Notes: generated from the sequence alone by a model not told the origin. 64,000 bases of DNA from Candidatus Bathyarchaeota archaeon (GCA_963806645.1 CAWDYQ010000003.1:44327-108326); one strand, 5' to 3'; positions 49,878 through 57,089 are shown, numbered from the stretch's first letter. Program-made: numbers and translations.

Positions 49878-50429
49878 ATGTCAAACGGATTGAGAAAGTA
49901 TGATGGTCCAGTAACTCCAAAAGGTTACGATATGCATGAAGTTCTTTCTGCCCTGCAAAAGGAAATTCGAAGAGGTAAAGAATATGAAGCAGTCTACTGG
50001 GCAAAAGAGCTTGAGAGTTTCAATCCTAAAGCATTATGGAACAGATTCAGAATAATAGCTTCAGAAGACATAGGGTTAGCTGACCCACTTGCTTCATTGA
50101 TTATTGATGTGCTTGAAAAACAGTATGATGATGCAGATGCCCGTAAGAGTGATTCCTCAAGACTATTCTTAGTTCATGCAGTTTTGTATTTAGCTAGGTC
50201 TCCCAAAAGCAGAATTGTAGATAATCTATTAGCAGTAGTCTACAATGATCAAAGAAGACTAGAAAGTCCTGACTACGCACTTGACATGCACACTTACAGA
50301 GGTAAAAAGATGGGTAGAGGCTTAGACCACTTCTTTACTGAAGGCGCTAAGCTGAGAAACCAAGCAATTGAAGACCCATATGAGAAGCAAGCCTTTGAAG
50401 CACTAAAAAAGAAATCTAAACTTAACTGA
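49878..50429 (+). CDS. Stand-alone MgsA/RarA C-terminal (MgsA_C) domain protein, no ATPase module
   Basis: YDMHEVLSALQKEIRRGKEYEAVYWAKEL...RIIASEDIGLADP...AVLYLARSPKS aligns with the RarA HYD.iSA.hKS.RGSD.dAAlYW...AsEDiGlADP...YLA.aPKS region. Confidence 0.75.
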   Translation: MSNGLRKYDGPVTPKGYDMHEVLSALQKEIRRGKEYEAVYWAKELESFNPKALWNRFRIIASEDIGLADPLASLIIDVLEKQYDDADARKSDSSRLFLVHAVLYLARSPKSRIVDNLLAVVYNDQRRLESPDYALDMHTYRGKKMGRGLDHFFTEGAKLRNQAIEDPYEKQAFEALKKKSKLN

Positions 50430-50625
50430 AAAGCAGGCAAGTGAATCTTCAACCTAGTGGAATTATTGAGTTAATCAAAAATAAACTCAATTCCTCCTCT
50501 TTTTTTGTTAATAGAATCAATGCTTTAATGAAAATTCTGTTAATAGAATAAATAAAATGACTGAAGAGGATCAGTTATCCCGAATATCCCACTGTAGACT
50601 GACAAATAACATAATGACAGTTTGT

Positions 50626-50946
50626 TTAGTTCAATATAGAGGGAAGTTCAGTAACATTTGAAATTACAAAATCAGGTTGAACATTTTGAAAGTTCTTATC
50701 TCCTTTAATCCCCACTGTTTTTATTCCAACAGTCTTTGCACCTTGAATGTCCTGCTCTAAAGAATCTCCAACATGAATGGTTTCATAGTTTTTTACTCCA
50801 AGGTTTTGTAGGGTAAAATGTAAGATTTCAGGATCAGGTTTTCTTAATCCTAAAAGCTCTAGATAAAACAACATGATCAAAATATTTGTTTTAATCAAAT
50901 TTTCGCTAAATCTCAGATGACTTATCTAATTCGTCACAATCTTCAT
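50626..50946 (-). pseudogene. HAD-superfamily hydrolase remnant (C-terminal third only)
   Basis: LGLRKPDPEI, HVGDSLEQDIQGAKTVG (HAD motifs III/IV) present; DxDxT motif I and the cap are absent; an upstream in-frame ATG (50944-50946) is followed by TAG at 50926-50928. Confidence 0.65.
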
Positions 50947-51018
50947 TTAGTCACATTCATTGTCCAAAATGTGGAAAAGTAATTACATTTTCACCTTAGT
51001 TTTTTAACACGTTAAAGT

Positions 51019-51039
51019 AAAAAAGAGGGTGAGTTTTAC
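51019..51039 (+). repeat. A6-GGGGAG-T4-GC type motif (A motif), copy
   Basis: aaaaaagagggtgagttttac. Confidence 0.4.
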
Positions 51040-51239
51040 TCCAAGGTCACAAGGAAGTATTATAGTGACTTTTTCCACTTTTTATGTAGACATAAGTTAC
51101 AGTTTGGGTTACTATTAATTAGAATTGAATAATTATGTTTTATTGGATGTTAATTGGTACGATTTATTGTGACTTAATAAACGTAGGAGTTCCCATGTAC
51201 ATGACAAACAATATTCTCTAAGTGATCTAATAAATAATT

Positions 51240-51542
51240 ATGAGTTCGGATGATGTTCGTGTCTATGTTCTGGTAGAGCTTCAACCTGGAAAAGAGGCTG
51301 ATTTCGGTAATGAAATCTTATCGAGTGGACTGGTATTAGATTCGAAAGTGGAACGGCTGGATTTTGTTCACGGTTTTTTTGACTTTATTATCGCACTAAA
51401 GGGAAAATTGAAAGAAATAGATCAGTTGATAATTAAGATGAGAAAATCTCCATATATACTCAAGACTCAAACGTTAATCTGTTTTGAAATGTTCACCTGG
51501 GATTGGGATAAAATAAAAAGCAAAATAAATGAAGAAAAATAA
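51240..51542 (+). CDS. Stand-alone Lrp/AsnC-type RAM-like domain protein
   Basis: VRVYVLVELQPGKEADF ... FVHGFFDFIIALKG pattern. Confidence 0.55.
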   Translation: MSSDDVRVYVLVELQPGKEADFGNEILSSGLVLDSKVERLDFVHGFFDFIIALKGKLKEIDQLIIKMRKSPYILKTQTLICFEMFTWDWDKIKSKINEEK

Positions 51543-51587
51543 AAGATAAAAAATGACCGCTAAATAGAAGAGTTATACCTTTTACCT

Positions 51588-51634
51588 AAAAAAGGGAGTT
51601 TTGCGAAAGTTTTTAGTTTCGGTTTGCTCTCTCC
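51588..51634 (+). repeat. A motif, long form, upstream of the RING-like gene
   Basis: aaaaaagggagttttgcgaaagtttttagtttcggtttgctctctcc. Confidence 0.55.
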
Positions 51635-51678
51635 ATTCCTTTTCCGTCTAATCAAAACCAAATTCCAAATGTAATTTA

Positions 51679-51870
51679 ATGAAATCTTATTTTATGAAAA
51701 GGATTGAAGGAACTATTCTGGTTGAATGTGATGTTTGCTGGAAAAAGGTTGATTGGACAAAAACTTGTGCATGTTGTGGTCATACAGTCTGCATAAAATG
51801 TTTCATGGCTGAAAGGCATATGTGTGCTGTTTGTGGAGGAAACTTTCATGAACTATTTCCAAGAAGATGA
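51679..51870 (+). CDS. RING-like C3HC4 mini-protein (63 aa)
   Basis: CDVC-x12-CGH-TV-CIKC-x7-CAVC fits C-x2-C-x(9-39)-C-x-H-x2-C-x2-C-x(4-48)-C-x2-C. Confidence 0.6.
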   Translation: MKSYFMKRIEGTILVECDVCWKKVDWTKTCACCGHTVCIKCFMAERHMCAVCGGNFHELFPRR

Positions 51871-51925
51871 TTTTGAAGGGCAAATTCTTTTAAAGAAAAT
51901 TTCGTTAATATTATTATAGATCAGA

Positions 51926-52567
51926 ATGAACAAAACAATACTTGTTTTGAGTTTGATATTAATTGCTGTCGGATTTTTTTTAATCATATATGATTCTTTT
52001 ACGTTATTTGGGATGACAGTTTACCCTTACTTTTGGTTTGGATTGATTATTGTTATAATTGGTTTTGTTACAGGTTTTATTTCTTTAGCAGTTGGAACCT
52101 CAGACTCAAAATTACAATACAAAGTTTCTCGAACTACGTATTTGAATGGTCTTCCTGAATATCCAGAAAAGTCAACTGGAACTCTGCTATTTGAAAATAA
52201 ACGCTTGAAATTTGTCAGTGAATCATCATCCTCTAAGATGAGGTTGGATATACCAGTTTCAATGGTTAAAAGCGTTAAATTTCTTAATTGCACAGAAGAA
52301 TCTAGTGAAAAATCTAATAATTCTAAATGTCTTACTATAGATTTTTACAGTAAATCATATAGACATCTGGTTTTGAATTTTGAGTTTGATAGTTCTTTAG
52401 AAAACGAAATCAAAGGTTGGATTAAATGGATTTATCCTGACGCCATTAAAGTTAGGGAGAAAGAAAATGAAAATCTGAATATTCTTAAAACAAGATTAGC
52501 TAAAGGAGAAATCACTAAAGAACAATATGAAGAAATGAAACGAGTCCTCGAAGGAAAAAAGAGTTAA
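51926..52567 (+). CDS. Two-TM membrane protein with PH-like middle domain and C-terminal SHOCT domain
   Basis: LKTRLAKGEITKEQYEEMKRVLEG = SHOCT pattern. Confidence 0.65.
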   Translation: MNKTILVLSLILIAVGFFLIIYDSFTLFGMTVYPYFWFGLIIVIIGFVTGFISLAVGTSDSKLQYKVSRTTYLNGLPEYPEKSTGTLLFENKRLKFVSESSSSKMRLDIPVSMVKSVKFLNCTEESSEKSNNSKCLTIDFYSKSYRHLVLNFEFDSSLENEIKGWIKWIYPDAIKVREKENENLNILKTRLAKGEITKEQYEEMKRVLEGKKS

Positions 52568-52651
52568 TGATTTACATAAGTAAATTATGGAGCATATCAA
52601 ATATCGAAATGCAATGCAACTCCAGTCTGATAAATAAACATCATTTTCAGG

Positions 52652-52678
52652 AAAAAAAAGGGGAGTTTTGCAAAAAAT
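52652..52678 (+). repeat. A motif, short form
   Basis: aaaaaaaaggggagttttgcaaaaaat. Confidence 0.45.
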
Positions 52679-52705
52679 CAAGTTTTTATATGCACAGCTG
52701 TTAGG

Positions 52706-53092
52706 TTATTGGTAACGTCCCCATTTAAAATCAGATAATCCAATTAATCCTTTAAATTCAACAATCAGTAATGAAAGCCAAAAGATTATTCCAGGAAAAA
52801 TAAAGAACATTTCATCAATCATTATATTTCCCAATCCAGTTGCTAACACAATAAATAGGAAATGAGAAAATCCAGAAATTACCTTAAAATCCGTCAATTT
52901 CTTCCGAATTTGGTCTTTAACATCTGAGAATGCAATCCAAAAATATACGAATAATGGTATAAATGAAAACAATAATAAGAGCTGATGGAATGTCTCTACC
53001 CCTTTCATTTTTTCAAGTAATTGGATTAACCAATTGCCATAAAAACCAATTAAAACACCCATGAATAACTCGCTTCTTTGAGTTCTTTTCAT
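52706..53092 (-). CDS. Small 4-TM membrane protein
   Basis: 128-aa hydrophobic ORF. Confidence 0.55.
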   Translation of the reverse strand: MKRTQRSELFMGVLIGFYGNWLIQLLEKMKGVETFHQLLLLFSFIPLFVYFWIAFSDVKDQIRKKLTDFKVISGFSHFLFIVLATGLGNIMIDEMFFIFPGIIFWLSLLIVEFKGLIGLSDFKWGRYQ

Positions 53093-53172
53093 TTTAATCC
53101 CTTCTTAATACTTAATTTGAGTGACTCAGAATAAAAAATTTGATATTTACGATATAGCCTGATATTCCTCTT

Positions 53173-53288
53173 AAAAAAAGGGGGTTATTGCAAGAAATTT
53201 TAGTTTCAGCTTGCTCTCTGCTTCAACATTGTCTATTTGAAAGCAAACCGTAAATCCGTTTTTCCTTACTTAGTTTCGGTGTCAAGTG
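53173..53288 (+). repeat. A motif, long form + conserved leader upstream of the 50-aa zinc-ribbon gene
   Basis: aaaaaaagggggttattgcaagaaattttagtttcagcttgctctctgcttcaacattgtctatttgaaagca...; about 75-80 percent identical to 63779-63894. Confidence 0.6.
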
Positions 53289-53441
53289 ATGGGATTCAGT
53301 ATTGTTTGCCATGAATGTGGATATGAACTGTATAACGGAAGAGACATGATCCTGCTCTATAAACTAAGAAGAGAAATAGACAACAGATGCCCAGGTTGCA
53401 AAAGAAAACTTTCGACTCCGACCATTAAGCATAAAAGTTGA
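53289..53441 (+). CDS. 50-aa C4 zinc-ribbon protein
   Basis: MGFSIVCHECGYELYNGRDMILLYKLRREIDNRCPGCKRKLSTPTIKHKS; truncated paralogue at 63895. Confidence 0.6.
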   Translation: MGFSIVCHECGYELYNGRDMILLYKLRREIDNRCPGCKRKLSTPTIKHKS

Positions 53442-53462
53442 AGACAAGGAGCTGAACCAAAT

Positions 53463-53573
53463 ATGGTCTACAGAAAACGTTTAGACGGTCCATGGATTTG
53501 CAGCTGGAACTGTGGTTTTGAAGATATGGACATTCAGAAAGTGGTTGACCACGAAAACAAAGGAGAACATTAA
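53463..53573 (+). CDS. 36-aa C2H2-spaced zinc-finger micro-protein
   Basis: MVYRKRLDGPWICSWNCGFEDMDIQKVVDHENKGEH; C-x3-C-x12-H-x5-H; AAGGAG upstream. Confidence 0.45.
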   Translation: MVYRKRLDGPWICSWNCGFEDMDIQKVVDHENKGEH

Positions 53574-53580
53574 GGACACA

Positions 53581-53605
53581 ATACCAAATTTTATTTATCA
53601 TTAAA
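53581..53605 (+). promoter_or_regulatory. G module, plus-strand copy upstream of 53634-54071
   Basis: ataccaaattttatttatcattaaa equals the reverse complement of the 60662-60686 region. Confidence 0.45.
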
Positions 53606-53633
53606 GACATTTCATAGAAATTAAGGGGAGAAT

Positions 53634-54071
53634 ATGGAACAAAATAATTATTCTTTGGATTTATTGTTAGTTGTTATTATAGTACTCAGTTTTGTAAGAG
53701 GTTTCATTGGAACATATTTTATCATTTTTTGGGATTTAGGTAATATTCAAAACTTTCAATTATATTCTCCAATTTTTTCTTTGATCGGTATAATCATTTA
53801 TCCTATTCTTGTTTTTGTTGTATTCTATCTGTTTGGTAAGAAATTTGATTTAAAGTCAAACCTTAAGTCATCTATTATCAGATTATTGATTGGAGCATAT
53901 GTAGGACATTTTTTGGCGTTCAATATTGTTCGTTTATTTAGTGAATATAGCAATTTTTGGTCCACCCTAATCAGCAGTACTGTTTCTTTGACATTTCTTA
54001 GTACATTTTTTACTGCATTCACAGCCTTGGCTATCGCATTCCTGAATAGCAATGAGAGTGAGATTCAATGA
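53634..54071 (+). CDS. Small 4-TM membrane protein
   Basis: 145-aa hydrophobic ORF, GGGGAG SD. Confidence 0.6.
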   Translation: MEQNNYSLDLLLVVIIVLSFVRGFIGTYFIIFWDLGNIQNFQLYSPIFSLIGIIIYPILVFVVFYLFGKKFDLKSNLKSSIIRLLIGAYVGHFLAFNIVRLFSEYSNFWSTLISSTVSLTFLSTFFTAFTALAIAFLNSNESEIQ

Positions 54072-54235
54072 AAAAACCAGAAACATACACCTGTCCTGAA
54101 TGTGGAAAAGAAATCCAGAATAATAAAAAGGTCTGTAAAGAGTGTGAAAAAAGACTTTTGCGGGAAAAGATTATTGCAGCAAACTATGATGCTATACGTG
54201 TAGGTAAAGGAAAGACAATTGGGGATATACTTTAA
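54068..54235 (+). CDS. 55-aa C4 zinc-ribbon protein, translationally coupled (ATGA overlap)
   Basis: MKKPETYTCPECGKEIQNNKKVCKECEKRLLREKIIAANYDAIRVGKGKTIGDIL. Confidence 0.55.
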   Translation: MKKPETYTCPECGKEIQNNKKVCKECEKRLLREKIIAANYDAIRVGKGKTIGDIL

Positions 54236-54280
54236 ACAAAATTTGGAAAAATAGTCTGCTCTTCACCATAATAGGTCTTG

Positions 54281-54576
54281 TTAGGTCTTAGTTTGTTTTT
54301 TGATTTGTTCTAAGCGTTCAAGTTCATCATATGATTTCTTGTTTAGAATATACTCGGTTGAATCATCTACCAACATGAAAAAATCATGTATAATTTCTAG
54401 TGCAAGTTTGTAATCATATCTAGCTCGGCGAGAAGTGACTAAGAATCGTTTTGCATCTGTTTCATTTTGTACTAATAAGAAAAGTAATCTTCTGATACTT
54501 AATTGTCTAACTTTTTTTATTTTCTCAGTAAAATTATTTAATCTAATATTAAAGAGCTGAGAATCCTTTCGACATA
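54281..54576 (-). pseudogene. Frameshifted small helical-protein gene
   Basis: ATG 54576 gives MSKGFSAL-stop; the adjacent frame continues FNIRLNNFTEKIKKVRQ...ELERLEQIKKQTKT to TAA 54281-54283; shift at a T-run. Confidence 0.4.
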
Positions 54577-54643
54577 CCCTGATTAGTTACTTGATTATTC
54601 CATGTATGTCGAAGAGCTGGAAGAGAATATTCAAGACAGAATG

Positions 54644-55798
54644 TTAAACGGTGAGTTCTTCATTCAAATTGAAATGAAAATCTTTCCAATAATATACAAA
54701 TGACTTTCCACAATAATGACATTGAAGTCTAATTTGATCTATATTTTTACTATTATAGACTCGATCAGATGAAGTGATTCTAATTCTTGAATGAAATTCT
54801 TTTCGACATTTCAAATTGTTACATTCTATGAATAATTCCCTATTTGTTGGTTTTTCAGGTTTTTTACCAAATTTTGAATTCCATTTTAGATAAAGAACAT
54901 TTCTTAAATGACGAAAATAAGCAATAATTCTTGAGATTGAAATTTGTTCTTCCTTTAACGGTTTAATGAAAAAGGGTATTACCAAAATGATCATTGAAAA
55001 ACAGAACATGTAAAACGAAACAAGTGCAGGATATGAACCAAAATTATTAATTAAACCATATAACGGAAGAATAACTGCGACAATAAAAGCTATTGTAATT
55101 CCAATGAAGGTTATTTGCAAGTAAGGAAACGCTCTTGAGAAGTTATAGGATTTCTTTGTTTGTCTAATTCGTTGAATTTCAAATAATACATCTTTTATTT
55201 TTGAAAAATTCTCAAAAAAACTTTCGACACCTCTTTTTGAAAGAAAAAACTTTGCTCCATGCCACGATTCTTCCCATTCATCAAGTATCTCTAAGAACCG
55301 TTCTTTTGAAAATTTCCAAATAGTTTCAATTTGCACGGAATAATTATACATTTGTTCATGCCATATTTCATATTCCTCTTCAGGGAGTTCAGCAATTCTA
55401 GAATCAATACCTGTAAATCTAGAAGAGAGAATGCTCCAAGTTAAAGAGGGTAATAGTTGTGTTATTTCCCTCAGTTTATCCATAACCACTTTACCCGTTT
55501 GTGAAATTTCTTCTCGTTTAAAATTGGATATATTAATGAATTTCATTAGATCTGAAGAGGCTTCATGCAACTTATGTAAATCAAAATTTCCTGCAAAAAA
55601 AGACACATCCCCAGGACTTCTTTCATAAATCAATAAAGAGATTTGATCTGCTAATTCCAATTTCTTTTCTCTAACTTGAGAATTTACCTCATCTTGTTTT
55701 TGTCTAAGATATACCATTAAGGCAATTATTAGACCTACAAACAAAGCCACGATAGTAGCTCCGACCTGTGCTAAACTCCCCCAATATGTTTCAATCAT
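54644..55798 (-). CDS. Membrane protein (N-terminal TM, helical middle domain, TM hairpin) with C-terminal zinc ribbon
   Basis: 384-aa intact ORF; CNNLKC ... CHYCGKSF. Confidence 0.6.
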   Translation of the reverse strand: MIETYWGSLAQVGATIVALFVGLIIALMVYLRQKQDEVNSQVREKKLELADQISLLIYERSPGDVSFFAGNFDLHKLHEASSDLMKFINISNFKREEISQTGKVVMDKLREITQLLPSLTWSILSSRFTGIDSRIAELPEEEYEIWHEQMYNYSVQIETIWKFSKERFLEILDEWEESWHGAKFFLSKRGVESFFENFSKIKDVLFEIQRIRQTKKSYNFSRAFPYLQITFIGITIAFIVAVILPLYGLINNFGSYPALVSFYMFCFSMIILVIPFFIKPLKEEQISISRIIAYFRHLRNVLYLKWNSKFGKKPEKPTNRELFIECNNLKCRKEFHSRIRITSSDRVYNSKNIDQIRLQCHYCGKSFVYYWKDFHFNLNEELTV

Positions 55799-55949
55799 AT
55801 CGACTCAGTTCTTCAATGTATCTGTTTTATCATATAATTTTTATCGAGGCGTCGAAATATTTGTTTTTATTATATAAAATCTGTCTTGGTCAAAATAAGC
55901 AAAAATTCTTTTAATTACATGTTTATAGTTGAAATGTGGGGGAGAAAGA

Positions 55950-56231
55950 ATGACGTTTCATATTTGGTTTTTCAACCCAAATCATAAACATCATCATTCT
56001 GCAATGGTCATTATTTGTTTTTGGATGGGAATAATTATGACATTTATTGGTATTGCTGGAATTAGTATTTCAGAAATTTTTGCTCTTACTTGTTTTATTC
56101 TAAGCGGTGTTTCTTTTTTTTCTGGATTTTATTATATCATAGATAAAAAAGGAAAAAAAACAGTCAAAAAATGTCCAGTAATAGCTCACAATAAGGGTAA
56201 ATGGTTACTTGCAAAACTCCCCTTTTTTTAA
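55950..56231 (+). CDS. Small membrane protein
   Basis: MTFHIWFFNPNHKHHHSAMVIICFWMG..., GGGGGAG SD upstream of ATG 55950; 3' end overlaps a repeat copy. Confidence 0.45.
   Translation: MTFHIWFFNPNHKHHHSAMVIICFWMGIIMTFIGIAGISISEIFALTCFILSGVSFFSGFYYIIDKKGKKTVKKCPVIAHNKGKWLLAKLPFF
56209..56229 (-). repeat. A motif, short form, inverted
   Basis: plus strand ttgcaaaactcccctttttt. Confidence 0.45.
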
Positions 56232-56280
56232 AAAAACAATAAAATTAATCTGTTCCATTTTTTCTTTTTATTATAGCAAA

Positions 56281-56384
56281 TTTTTAATCCAACTTATTCC
56301 CTAATAGTCTTTCAAGGGGGAGAAAGCAAGCACTAGGTTTTGTGATTCTTCTTCTTAAGAATACACTTTGGGGGAGGTGAAAAA
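56281..56384 (+). promoter_or_regulatory. Conserved promoter + about 75-nt purine/pyrimidine-patterned 5' leader (P module, copy 1)
   Basis: TTTTTAATCCAAC ... CAAGGGGGAGAAAG ... TTTTGT ... CTTCTTCTT ... GGGGGAGGTGAAAAA-ATG; same layout at 57814 and 63072. Confidence 0.65.
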
Positions 56385-56980
56385 ATGAAAAAGAAAGTTT
56401 TAGTGTCAGCATTAATCCTGCTTGCGATAATCATTCTAACTGATAGCCGCCAGTATATGCAGGAAAGGGAACAGACAAAAAAGACTTCAAGTTTACGTTT
56501 GTGGATACACCCTTCACTGCCATTACACCTGGTTTTAATACAGGCATGACAAGACATTCACATCTTCTCTTTTCTATAGGTGATAACGGTATTGTTACCT
56601 TGAATGTAGATGGAGAACAAGCTTTTCAATATGGAGTAAACCATGCAATCCCTTCTGATTTTACATTCCTCCAAGAATGGTATGGGGAAAGACACAAATT
56701 TCTCAATCAATTTGATCATTTAGACGAAGACTTTGCAAACATGCACTTTGTGTACACGCTTGATTTTGGAGCTGGTAATGTTATTACAGTTAGGGTGAAT
56801 GGCATAAACTATCGCACACAAACTGGTACCGATCGAGGACTTCCAACTTCTTGGGGTAACCTTGTTGGACATGGAACTGGGATATTCAAAGATATAAAAC
56901 TGCAAGGAACAGCTTACCATGATGAATTTGGAGTGATAACTCACGAGGGCACAATAATGGGATTCACAGGTTTTCCTTAG
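56385..56980 (+). pseudogene. Secreted small beta-rich protein (family member 1), signal peptide and mature part in different frames
   Basis: MKKKVLVSALILLAIIILTD in frame 0; ...PPVYAGKGTDKKDFKFTFVDTPF... to stop 56980 in frame -1. Confidence 0.55.
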
Positions 56981-57046
56981 ATTCAAATTCACAAATCAAC
57001 AAAGAACCTAGTTCCATAATCTCCTCTTTTTTTCTTGCCATCACAT

Positions 57047-57089
57047 AGTAACATCAGATTATCTCCTGTACAATGAAAGATTGTTTAGT
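57047..57089 (+). repeat. Post-gene repeat GTAACATCAGATTATCTCCTGTACAATGAAAGATTGTTTAGTT (F motif, copy 1)
   Basis: Related copies at 61524-61540 and 62224-62273, each just after a T-rich tract. Confidence 0.55.

Larger units (their letters stand above)
39344..50429. mobile_element. Integrated plasmid-like element (minimum extent: integrase to last element-type gene); ends/att not identified
   Basis: Integrase + prim-pol/helicase Rep + element-type small DNA-binding proteins, between a core chaperonin gene and a truncated HAD gene. Confidence 0.7.

Noticed and set aside
50506-50549. 12-nt direct repeat tgttaatagaat (50506-50517 and 50538-50549) as a candidate att/terminal repeat of the element.
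   Set aside because: No matching copy was found at the left flank (38.7-39.34 kb). Short AT-rich repeats are expected by chance here.
50926-50928. In-frame TAG in the HAD remnant considered as pyrrolysine or read-through.
   Set aside because: The HAD catalytic motif I and cap are entirely missing, so this is a truncated relic. There is no pyl context.
53425-53610. 61-aa minus-strand ORF from the track.
   Set aside because: The same DNA encodes two plus-strand micro-ORFs with clean zinc-binding spacing, one of them with an SD, and one has a paralogue at 63895.
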